DNA of 32,440 nucleotides from Melioribacteraceae bacterium (GTDB lineage Bacteria; Bacteroidota; Ignavibacteria; Ignavibacteriales; Melioribacteraceae): NCBI GenBank assembly GCA_027858595.1, contig JAQICK010000097.1, positions 1 to 32,440 of the forward strand, read 5' to 3'. Shown piece by piece: positions 8,571 to 15,825 of this stretch (position 1 is its first letter; each line of letters starts with the position of its first letter). The notes under the pieces were generated by a model. It saw only the letters and a program-made list of their open reading frames with translations, ran no database searches and was not told where the DNA came from. The position numbers and the translations under genes were made by a program.

Positions 8571-10199
8571 TTAGGCTATTCCACCAAATTTTATTCCACT
8601 AAGTTTTGCCATATCTGGATTGAAAGTAGTTAAATCTTTTTGATTGAATTTATCTAGCTGATTGTATCCACATGCTCTTGCTAAGACTTTCATAAGTCCA
8701 GTTGTAGCCTCAAGGTAATTTTGTAATAATTTTGCTGATTCATTTATTATAATGCGAGAGCGAAGGTCTTCCTTCTGCGTTGCAATTCCAACCGGACAAT
8801 TATTAGTATGACATGCACGCATTCCTAAACATCCAATTGCTTGAATAGCAGAGTTTGAAATTGCAATTCCATCTGCTCCGAGAGCTAATGCTTTTATGAA
8901 ATCAGATTCAGTGCGTAAACCACCTGTAATAATAAGGGTTACATGAGTTGCTCCCTTTTTATTCAAGTGTTTTCTAGCTCGAGCTAATGCTGGAATTGTT
9001 GGCACGGAAATATTGTTTTTGAAAATATTTGGAGCAGAGCCTGTTCCACCGCCTCTTCCGTCGAGAATAATATAATCGGTGCCAGCTTCGAGAGCAAAGT
9101 CAATATCATCTTCAATGTGCTGAGCTGATATTTTAAATCCAATCGGAATTCCACCAGAGACTTCTCTCACTTTGTCAGAAAAGATTCTAAAATCTTCTGG
9201 AGTTGTTAAATCATCAAATGTTGATGGACTAATTGCGGCAGTTCCTTCTTCTAATCCACGAACCTGAGCGATTTTCCCTTTAACTTTATCGCCTGGCAAA
9301 TGACCACCAGTTCCAGTCTTTGCCCCTTGTCCAGCTTTGAAATGAAACGCTTGAACATTTTTACCATTATCAAAACTCCACCCAAATTTTGCAGATGCGA
9401 GTTCATAAAAATATTTTGAATTATTGTCATGTTCTTCTGGAAGCATACCGCCTTCACCAGAACAGATTCCAGTTCCGCTTAACTCAGCACCTTTTGCAAG
9501 AGCAACTTTTGCTTCTTCGCTTAATGCACCAAAGCTCATATCACTTATGAATATTGGAATATCTAACTTGAGTGGTTTTTTAGCATTTGGACCAATAATT
9601 AATTCGGTTGAAACTTCATCATCATCAAAAAGTGGCTTGCGTGAAAGCTGTGCAGTCAGGAGTTGAATATCGTCCCATCTTGGTAATTCTGGAATAGGAA
9701 CGCCCATTGCAGAACCAACTCCATGTTTGCCAATTCCTTTAGCACCTTGTTTTGCTAATTTTTGAATGTAACTATTATTTGGTTCATCCTGAGTTCCGTG
9801 AATGTCTGCATACAGTCCAAGGTATTTATCTCTATTGTATGGTTGTGGATTTTCTTTTTCCCATTTGATTATTTCATTTTCATCAACAAAGACAGCATCG
9901 GTTTCTTCATCAATCCATGATGAAAATTCTTGAAGTTGCTCTTCGTTATTATATTCACTGTTTCCAGTATCGATGCGATAATCCCAAAAATGGAGTCCAC
10001 AAATTAGATTATCTCCAGAGACAAATCCATCAGATAGTAATGCTCCACGATGTAAACATCTTCCGTAGAGTACAGACACTTTTTCGTCGTATTTAATAAT
10101 TACTAAATCTACTTTTGCAATCAGGGCATATGTTGGAGTTCTATCTTCGAGATGACTGAAAGTTGCAACTCTAATTTTAGAAGTTTTGCTATTTGTCAT
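8571..10199 (-). CDS. Rieske [2Fe-2S] domain fused to a glutamate-synthase-type FMN/3Fe-4S domain (GltS-related protein)
   Basis: The N terminus carries CLH-x16-CGLH. The C-terminal part has GltB central-domain motifs: KAGQGAKTGTGGHLPG, DGRGGGTGSAP, and C-x5-C-x4-C followed by CPVGIATQ. It ends 18 nt before the next gene. Confidence 0.85.
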   Translation of the reverse strand: MTNSKTSKIRVATFSHLEDRTPTYALIAKVDLVIIKYDEKVSVLYGRCLHRGALLSDGFVSGDNLICGLHFWDYRIDTGNSEYNNEEQLQEFSSWIDEETDAVFVDENEIIKWEKENPQPYNRDKYLGLYADIHGTQDEPNNSYIQKLAKQGAKGIGKHGVGSAMGVPIPELPRWDDIQLLTAQLSRKPLFDDDEVSTELIIGPNAKKPLKLDIPIFISDMSFGALSEEAKVALAKGAELSGTGICSGEGGMLPEEHDNNSKYFYELASAKFGWSFDNGKNVQAFHFKAGQGAKTGTGGHLPGDKVKGKIAQVRGLEEGTAAISPSTFDDLTTPEDFRIFSDKVREVSGGIPIGFKISAQHIEDDIDFALEAGTDYIILDGRGGGTGSAPNIFKNNISVPTIPALARARKHLNKKGATHVTLIITGGLRTESDFIKALALGADGIAISNSAIQAIGCLGMRACHTNNCPVGIATQKEDLRSRIIINESAKLLQNYLEATTGLMKVLARACGYNQLDKFNQKDLTTFNPDMAKLSGIKFGGIA

Positions 10200-10358
10200 T
10201 TTAATTCCATTAATAATTTTACTATTATAAATTAAGCAATTGGAAATCAGTTATAAACCCAACTGAGTCAAATAATATTTATAATTTCTACTTATAAAAT
10301 ACTTGGTTAGTTTTGGTTCTTCTGTCAAGAGCTTGACACATTTGACATAAAATGGGAC

Positions 10359-10498
10359 GCTGATTCTTCATGATTGGTCATGATTTTCGCTGATTGAATT
10401 TATAAAGTTTTATCATGCCTTTTCATGAGCAATCTGCGTTTATCAGCATCCTATTTTTGGGGAGCTATCTTTTCCCTTTGCGTCTTAGCAACTTTGCG
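10359..10498. repeat. Paired inverted arrays of 10-nt-periodic heptamers plus a CTTTGCG doublet (no gene inside)
   Basis: TGATT recurs at exactly 10361, 10371, 10381 and 10391 (gcTGATT/caTGATT/caTGATT/gcTGATT). Four related heptamers with the same 10-nt phasing lie inverted at 10414-10447. CTTTGCGtcttagcaaCTTTGCG at 10476-10498 matches the right flank of the GxxExxY cassette (28421-28443) at 19 of 23 positions. Confidence 0.5.
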
Positions 10499-10513
10499 TT
10501 TATCTTTTCAAAC

Positions 10514-11359
10514 ATGAAAAAACTGCGAAATAAAAATCAGAACTATGATGCATGGCTTCATTGGGATGTAACAAAACGCTGTAATTTGGATTGCGAATAT
10601 TGCTTTGGAAAAATTACAGATGCGAGTATAAAAGTCCATTCAATTGAAATTGTCAAACTTATTTCAACTCTTGATAAAACTGGAAAAACATTTCGGATTA
10701 GTTTTACAGGTGGTGAGCCAACTCTTGTTCCAAATATTGTTGAGGCATGCAACGCTATCACTGAAAAACATTACATTTCTTTTAATAGTAATCTAATTTC
10801 AAAAAATATTAATCAATTTGTACAGGAAATAAATCCAGATAGAGTATTACATATTCATGCATCTTTTCATTATGATGAATTGTTAGGTAAGAATTTATTA
10901 ATACACTTTGTTCAGAACTATAATCTTTTGAAAAATGCTGGATTTAATATTTACGCAGAAGCAGTTGCATACCCAAAAATTAGAGAGAAATTGGATGCAA
11001 TAGTAAAATTTGCGAATCAGAATGACATCATATTAACTTTTGCTCCTTTTTATGGAAATTATAATGGTGAGCTTTATCCAGAAAATTACACTTCCTCCGA
11101 TTTGGAATTGTTTGGAATTAACCAAAGTGAAATATCTTGCTTTACTCAAAAAGGAGAGCTGTGTAACGCAGGATACAATGCAGCAGTAGTGTTTTCAAAT
11201 GGAAATGTTTACCCTTGCCATCAAATAAAGACAAAAATTGGAAATATTTATGAAGGAGTAAATTTTAATGATACAATGGTTAAATGCCCTTCAAAGAAAT
11301 GTGGCTGCCCTTTGAATAAATATGATGAGTATTTGTTTGGGCAAACAAAAACCAATTGA
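10514..11359 (+). CDS. Radical SAM protein with a C-terminal twitch/SPASM-like Cys-rich region
   Basis: The CX3CX2C motif CNLDCEYC lies near the N terminus. The C terminus carries CNAGYNAAVVFSNGNVYPC (C-x12-G-x4-C) and CPSKKCGC. The track start at 10415 translates the repeat arrays, so I prefer ATG 10514 (MKKLRNK...). Confidence 0.8.
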   Translation: MKKLRNKNQNYDAWLHWDVTKRCNLDCEYCFGKITDASIKVHSIEIVKLISTLDKTGKTFRISFTGGEPTLVPNIVEACNAITEKHYISFNSNLISKNINQFVQEINPDRVLHIHASFHYDELLGKNLLIHFVQNYNLLKNAGFNIYAEAVAYPKIREKLDAIVKFANQNDIILTFAPFYGNYNGELYPENYTSSDLELFGINQSEISCFTQKGELCNAGYNAAVVFSNGNVYPCHQIKTKIGNIYEGVNFNDTMVKCPSKKCGCPLNKYDEYLFGQTKTN

Positions 11360-11372
11360 CTTAACATATCAC

Positions 11373-11398
11373 AATGTATATATTTAATGTATATATTT
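11373..11398 (+). promoter_or_regulatory. Perfect 13-bp tandem duplication, candidate vapBC promoter/operator
   Basis: AATGTATATATTT occurs twice (11373-11385 and 11386-11398), immediately upstream of the AAGAGG RBS and the vapB ATG at 11410. Confidence 0.45.
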
Positions 11399-11409
11399 AA
11401 GAGGTTAAA

Positions 11410-11643
11410 ATGGAAACAGTAAAAATATTTCAGAGTGGAAATAGCCAAGCAATCAGACTACCTAAAAAATACCGTTTTGAAGGAAATGAAGCTTTGATTT
11501 CAAAAGTTGGTGATGCTGTAATTATTTTTCCTCACCAAAATGGATGGAAGAATTTTTTTGATAGTTTAGAATTATTTTCAGTTGATTTTATGGCTGAAAG
11601 AAACCAACCTCAAATTCAAGATCGTGGAAAAATGTTTGAATGA
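11410..11643 (+). CDS. vapB: AbrB/SpoVT-type antitoxin VapB
   Basis: 77 aa. The sequence KIFQSGNSQAIRLPKKYRF is the typical swapped-hairpin antitoxin N terminus. It overlaps the PIN gene by 4 bp (ATGA). Confidence 0.85.
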   Translation: METVKIFQSGNSQAIRLPKKYRFEGNEALISKVGDAVIIFPHQNGWKNFFDSLELFSVDFMAERNQPQIQDRGKMFE

Positions 11644-11990
11644 AATTTTTGCTTGATACAAATATCTGCATATACCTGATAAATAAAAAACCATCATCAG
11701 TGAAGCAAAATTTAGAATTAGTTTCCCCAAATGATGTTTTCATTTCGTCAATAACTGCATCTGAATTGTGGTATGGAATATATAAAAGCAAATTTGCAGA
11801 GAAAAATACAATTGCACTTGTTGCCTTCCTCTCTACAATTAGAGTCTTGCCATTTGATGAAAATGCCTCAATAATATATGGTGAAATCAGAGCCACATTG
11901 GAAAAAACAGGTAATCTAATTGGAGCTAACGATTTGCTAATTGCTTCACATGCTCTTTCACTAGATTATAATCTGGTTACAAACAATTAA
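11640..11990 (+). CDS. vapC: PIN-domain toxin VapC (MvpT-like), ended early by an in-frame TAA
   Basis: MKFLLDTNICIY...SSITASELWYG...ANDLLIASHA...LVTNN is collinear with enterobacterial VapC/MvpT. The frame continues past TAA 11988-11990 as REFKKIKQLKVLNWV to TAA 12036-12038. Confidence 0.85.
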   Translation: MKFLLDTNICIYLINKKPSSVKQNLELVSPNDVFISSITASELWYGIYKSKFAEKNTIALVAFLSTIRVLPFDENASIIYGEIRATLEKTGNLIGANDLLIASHALSLDYNLVTNN

Positions 11991-12077
11991 AGAGAATTTA
12001 AAAAAATAAAGCAACTAAAAGTTCTAAATTGGGTATAATCTCTTTTTAATACAACTTATCTAATGGGAAATTAAATC

Positions 12078-12416
12078 TTATCCTTCCTTATTCAGATTAT
12101 TTTTTATCTCCCAGAATTCGCCCCATTTTACTAGTAAATCCCATGGATATATTCCGTGATTGTAGCCATCGCCCCAAGTTATTTGAATTGCATAACTGCC
12201 AACTATTTGAATATTAGTAATTGTATATTTTCCAGGTTTATCGGGACCTTGGGGAGCTGGTTCGTAATGCGTCCAAAGGATAGTTTCACCTTTGTTACTT
12301 GCGTCAGGAGATTCATCACGTAAAAACTGTATTGGTATTGTATGCACTCGTCCATCTTTCCAAGCAATGGTGATGGATTCTTGTTCGTTCTTTGTTATTT
12401 TTTGTGGTGCTAGCAT
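12078..12416 (-). CDS. DUF971 (gamma-butyrobetaine hydroxylase-like N-terminal domain) protein
   Basis: 112 aa with ITIAWKDGRVHTIPIQFLRDESP...YAIQITWGDGYNHGIYPWDLL, the typical DUF971 pattern. This copy lacks the Cys pair seen in many members. Confidence 0.75.
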   Translation of the reverse strand: MLAPQKITKNEQESITIAWKDGRVHTIPIQFLRDESPDASNKGETILWTHYEPAPQGPDKPGKYTITNIQIVGSYAIQITWGDGYNHGIYPWDLLVKWGEFWEIKNNLNKEG

Positions 12417-12549
12417 TTTATTCCTTTTATATTAAGAACGGAAATAATTCCGTTGTTACTTTTTTAAGTTTATCTTACAATTACTTTTTGTCAACTATAT
12501 GATGACTAATACATAGTAGAGTTTCTACAAAACAAGTATTTTCCGCCTT

Positions 12550-12620
12550 GTCATTCAGGACGAATGTGAGGAATCTTAAAAATTAAAAGATTTCTCACCA
12601 AAAAGTGGGTTCGAAATGAC
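12550..12620. repeat. GTCAT-module intergenic hairpin element (copy C)
   Basis: GTCATTCaggacgaatgtGAGGAATCTT, a 9-nt loop, then AAGATTTCTCaCCAAAAagtgGGTTCGAAATGAC. The right arm is the inverted homolog of 4161-4200. It lies 11 nt past the dgt stop on the minus strand. Confidence 0.55.
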
Positions 12621-12630
12621 ATGTTCTAAA

Positions 12631-13905
12631 TTAAAAAATGTCTGAAATTGAATTATAATCTGGATCGAACATTCGCTTGTAATTTGTAAGTGCGTAGGCT
12701 TCTGTCATTCCAGCAAGATAATCGCAAACTAATCTTGCTCTTTTGTTTCTATCAGTTTCTTGTTTAATTAAATTATTTGTAAAATTTGGAAGAAGTTCCA
12801 CTCCAGTAATTTCATCAATATAGTTTTCCGCAAAAACATCAAACATTTTTGTTATCATATTGTTGCCTTTAAATTCCATTTGATGCAGTTGTGGAGCACG
12901 AAAAACTAAATCGACTGCAATTTTTTTATACATTTCAATACGCTGAAAACTCTCTTCATTAATGGATAAATAATATTTATATCTGTTTGTTAAATCATCC
13001 ATAAATGTTTCTCTTTCTTCTATTGAACAGGCGTGGATAAATTCACCAATTTCAGATCCAAATTTAGATTTGTATCTATCTTCTGTAATCCATTTCTCAA
13101 TTTTATCAAGTGCTGAATTTTGAGAATCATCTAATAATTTTGAATTTTGCTTTCTCCATTTTTGTAGTTTAGCAATAGTAATAAATCCACCAGAGATTGA
13201 ATCGACTAAATCATTTACTGCATATGCAGAATCATCCGCCCAATCCATTATTTGGCATTCAATACTTTTAAAATTGTTTAACTCATATGGGTCTTTTAAT
13301 TCGCTTGGCAACTCTCTTCCTGCAAAAACAAAATTGACATATTCCTTTTGGTAATCGTAAATAAAATGATTTTTAGGATTATCAAATTTTGAGTAACCAG
13401 ATTTGTATTTTAATATTGCATCTACAAAAGCACGAGTTGGCTTCATTCCTCTTCTACTATCGCCTGAAGTATAAAAAGTGTCTGTTAACAAACGTAAAGT
13501 TTGTCCGTTTCCTTCAAAACCACCAAACGATTTCATTAAATTATTTAATGTTCTTTCACCAGCGTGTCCAAAGGGTGGATGACCTAAATCGTGAGCTAAA
13601 CAAGCAGATTCTACCAAATCTTCATCTATAAAATATGAATCGTTAAATATTTCGGTATGCTTTTTAGTAATATAATTTGTTATAGATCTTCCAATTTGCG
13701 AAACTTCAATTGAGTGAGTTAATCGAGTTCTGTAATAATCATTTTCACCTGGCAAAAAGACTTGGGTTTTTCCTTGCAACCTGCGAAACTCGGATGAATG
13801 AATTAACCTATCCCTATCAATCTGAAATGGTGTTCTGTAATCATCTTGTCTTACACTTTCTTCAGAGCGTTCAAAATCAAATTCGCTGTAAAAATTATTT
13901 TTCAT
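12631..13905 (-). CDS. dgt: dGTP triphosphohydrolase-like HD-domain protein
   Basis: 424 aa with the dGTPase-family motifs RTRLTHSIEVSQIGR and HDLGHPPFGHAGE, plus DWADDSAYAVNDL. Confidence 0.9.
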   Translation of the reverse strand: MKNNFYSEFDFERSEESVRQDDYRTPFQIDRDRLIHSSEFRRLQGKTQVFLPGENDYYRTRLTHSIEVSQIGRSITNYITKKHTEIFNDSYFIDEDLVESACLAHDLGHPPFGHAGERTLNNLMKSFGGFEGNGQTLRLLTDTFYTSGDSRRGMKPTRAFVDAILKYKSGYSKFDNPKNHFIYDYQKEYVNFVFAGRELPSELKDPYELNNFKSIECQIMDWADDSAYAVNDLVDSISGGFITIAKLQKWRKQNSKLLDDSQNSALDKIEKWITEDRYKSKFGSEIGEFIHACSIEERETFMDDLTNRYKYYLSINEESFQRIEMYKKIAVDLVFRAPQLHQMEFKGNNMITKMFDVFAENYIDEITGVELLPNFTNNLIKQETDRNKRARLVCDYLAGMTEAYALTNYKRMFDPDYNSISDIF

Positions 13906-13945
13906 AATTAATCCTAAAAATATTCTTCAAGTAACGTGTTCAGAT

Positions 13946-14479
13946 TTAATTTCTTCTCCAAACAATTTTATCGCCAACATTTATTCCATACAATTCAGTA
14001 TAGCCAGCATTTACTTCAACAACTCGCGAGGCTGGTTTAGTTGATGCATATTGACCAATATCGAAAGGTACTGCATGTTGATGAATTGTAACTATTTCAT
14101 TATCTCTATTAACAAAAATTATATCCAACGAAAGGACTGTATTCTTCATCCAGAAAGATTGAATTGTTTCGTAAGGAAATATGAAAAGCATTCCTTGGTA
14201 TTCTTTCATACTAAGTCTATCCATCAAACCTTTTGTTCTTTTATCGTCATCATCGGCTATTTCAATATCAATTTTTGAAATATAAATTCCATCTTTGGAT
14301 TGAAATGTAAGTTCACCATCTTTATTAAATTTTATACTTGAAGTCTTCACTGTTGCATTTCCATTTTTTTGTGTTTGAGGTAAATTGTATAATACTAGAA
14401 ATATGACAAATGAAAGGATTATTACAACGCTAACAATTTTTGTAAATCCATTTTTTGAATTGTGATTTTTTTTATTCAT
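13946..14479 (-). CDS. DUF192 domain protein with an N-terminal membrane anchor
   Basis: A hydrophobic N-terminal segment (IVSVVIILSFVIFLVLY) is followed by the DUF192 core GMLFIF...FWMKNTVLSLDIIFVNRDNEIVTI...VVEVNAG. Confidence 0.8.
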   Translation of the reverse strand: MNKKNHNSKNGFTKIVSVVIILSFVIFLVLYNLPQTQKNGNATVKTSSIKFNKDGELTFQSKDGIYISKIDIEIADDDDKRTKGLMDRLSMKEYQGMLFIFPYETIQSFWMKNTVLSLDIIFVNRDNEIVTIHQHAVPFDIGQYASTKPASRVVEVNAGYTELYGINVGDKIVWRRN

Positions 14480-14574
14480 ATTAATGCTTCAATCATTTAT
14501 AAAATTTTAAGATACAATTTACAATTTTTTATAATTTTGTATTGCTTTAGAAATTAAAAAGTTAGGAATTTAAA

Positions 14575-15039
14575 ATGGCTACAAAATATTGGTTAATGAA
14601 ATCGGAACCAGGTGCATATTCAATAGATGACTTAGTAAAAGACAAAAAAACACATTGGGATGGTGTAAGAAATTATCAAGCTCGTAATTTTATGCGGGAT
14701 GAAATGAAGATTGGAAATCAAGTTTTATTTTATCATAGTAATGCTAAACCGACTGGTGTTGTTGGGGTATGTGAAGTAATGAAGGAAGGATATCCAGACT
14801 TTACAGCATTTGATCCAGAGGATAAACACTTTGACGCAAAGAGCAAAGAAGACAAACCAACTTGGATAATGGTTGACATAAAACTAGTTAAAAAATTAAA
14901 GCGTACTGTTACACTCGAAGAAATAAAAGACAACTCGAAACTGCTAGACATGAAATTAGTTCAAAGAGGAAATCGTTTATCTGTTATGCCAGTTTCTAAA
15001 AAAGAGTTTGATATAATTTTAAGATTATCAGAACAGTAA
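14575..15039 (+). CDS. EVE (PUA-like) domain protein
   Basis: YWLMKSEPGAYSIDDL...WDGVRNYQARNFMRDEMKIGNQVLFYHSN is the canonical EVE-domain N terminus. 154 aa. Confidence 0.85.
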   Translation: MATKYWLMKSEPGAYSIDDLVKDKKTHWDGVRNYQARNFMRDEMKIGNQVLFYHSNAKPTGVVGVCEVMKEGYPDFTAFDPEDKHFDAKSKEDKPTWIMVDIKLVKKLKRTVTLEEIKDNSKLLDMKLVQRGNRLSVMPVSKKEFDIILRLSEQ

Positions 15040-15243
15040 TAATTGCTTATCGACAAGGAAAATATACTAGTAATTAAATTTACATTTTATCACAGACCTG
15101 GCTGATATTAGCCAGAACTTCAAAATAGTGCAAAATTATTTGCATTTCACTTTAATTCAACTTCAATTAGATTATATTCTAAATGGTACAGTTTTTGTAT
15201 TTGAAGTATAAATCATAATATATTTAATTAAAAAAGGAAAGAA

Positions 15244-15672
15244 ATGTCAGACAACATGAAAAATAATCTATCAATAGAGGTCTGGAGGGAATTAACTAAC
15301 ACGTTTGAGCATATGGAAAAATCGCATGCAAGAAGAATGGCTCATTTAAATTTAACTAATTCACAGTATAGTGTTCTTAGAGCATTAAGCGAAGGTGGAA
15401 CAATGCCATTAAAAAGCATTAGTCAAAAGCTAAATGTAACTGGTGCAAATATTACTTGCGTAATGGACAATTTACAAAAACGAAATTATGCTGAAAGAAT
15501 TCCATCAAAGCTCGATAGACGAATAATTAATGCAGAATTGACAAAAGAAGGCAAACAAATAATAAAAAAATTCACACCACTTTATATAGACTCAATTTCT
15601 GAGGAAACAAAAAATTTAACAGATGATGAGAAAAAATCACTTGTTGAGTTATTGGCAAAATTAAAGAATTAG
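15244..15672 (+). CDS. MarR-family transcriptional regulator
   Basis: 142 aa with a winged-helix pattern LTNSQYSVLRALSEGGTMPLKSISQKLNVTGANITCVMDNLQKRNYAERIPSKLDRR. Confidence 0.85.
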   Translation: MSDNMKNNLSIEVWRELTNTFEHMEKSHARRMAHLNLTNSQYSVLRALSEGGTMPLKSISQKLNVTGANITCVMDNLQKRNYAERIPSKLDRRIINAELTKEGKQIIKKFTPLYIDSISEETKNLTDDEKKSLVELLAKLKN

Positions 15673-15694
15673 ACCTACTCATTCTTATTTTATA

Positions 15695-15730
15695 TAAAAA
15701 AAGCGAGATTAATTATTAATCTCGCTTTTT
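15695..15730. terminator. Bidirectional intrinsic terminator (marR-like gene / ancestral prmA)
   Basis: Perfect 13-bp arms AAGCGAGATTAAT / ATTAATCTCGCTT (15701-15727), flanked by an A-run on the left and a T-run on the right. Confidence 0.7.
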
Positions 15731-15752
15731 AATTTTCTACTACACCTATAAA

Positions 15753-15824
15753 CTAAATTTTCCGAAAAACCAATGCTATCCATTCTCCAAGTTGATTCTC
15801 TTCAAGTAATTCTAATCCATAATT
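15753..15824 (-). pseudogene. prmA: Displaced 3' end of prmA (last 22 codons plus stop), separated from the gene by the IS
   Basis: The minus-strand reading from 15821 gives YGLELLEENQLGEWIALVFRKI*, a typical PrmA C terminus. It is in frame with ...DILSIYSN at 17461 once the IS is removed. Confidence 0.8.
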
Positions 15825-15825
15825 A

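Noticed and set aside
10359-10447. The 10-nt-phased repeat arrays (also 22474-22558) considered as a CRISPR array
   Set aside because: The units are only 7 nt with 3-nt spacers, and there are four per arm arranged as inverted halves. That is far from the 24-48 nt repeats and similar-sized unique spacers of a CRISPR array, and no cas genes are present.
10415-10513. N-terminal 33-codon extension of the radical SAM ORF (MPFHEQSAFISILFLGSYLFPLRLSNFAFIFSN)
   Set aside because: It is simply the translation of the inverted heptamer arrays and the CTTTGCG doublet. The radical SAM fold starts right after ATG 10514, so the extension is most likely non-coding.
12603-12620. GGGTTCGAAATGAC, which resembles a tRNA T-arm (GGTTCGAAT)
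   Set aside because: The flanking sequence has no acceptor, D or anticodon stems. The motif belongs to the GTCAT repeat module, which also occurs at 4161-4200. The GC-rich 76-nt island at 18290-18365 also fails a manual cloverleaf check.
12631-13905. dGTPase-family gene as a possible anti-phage dNTP-depletion defence gene
   Set aside because: Its neighbours are ordinary conserved small genes (DUF192, DUF971, EVE). Nothing adjacent points to a mobile element or defence island. The sequence looks like the common housekeeping Dgt-like class, and I cannot tell clades apart without a phylogeny.
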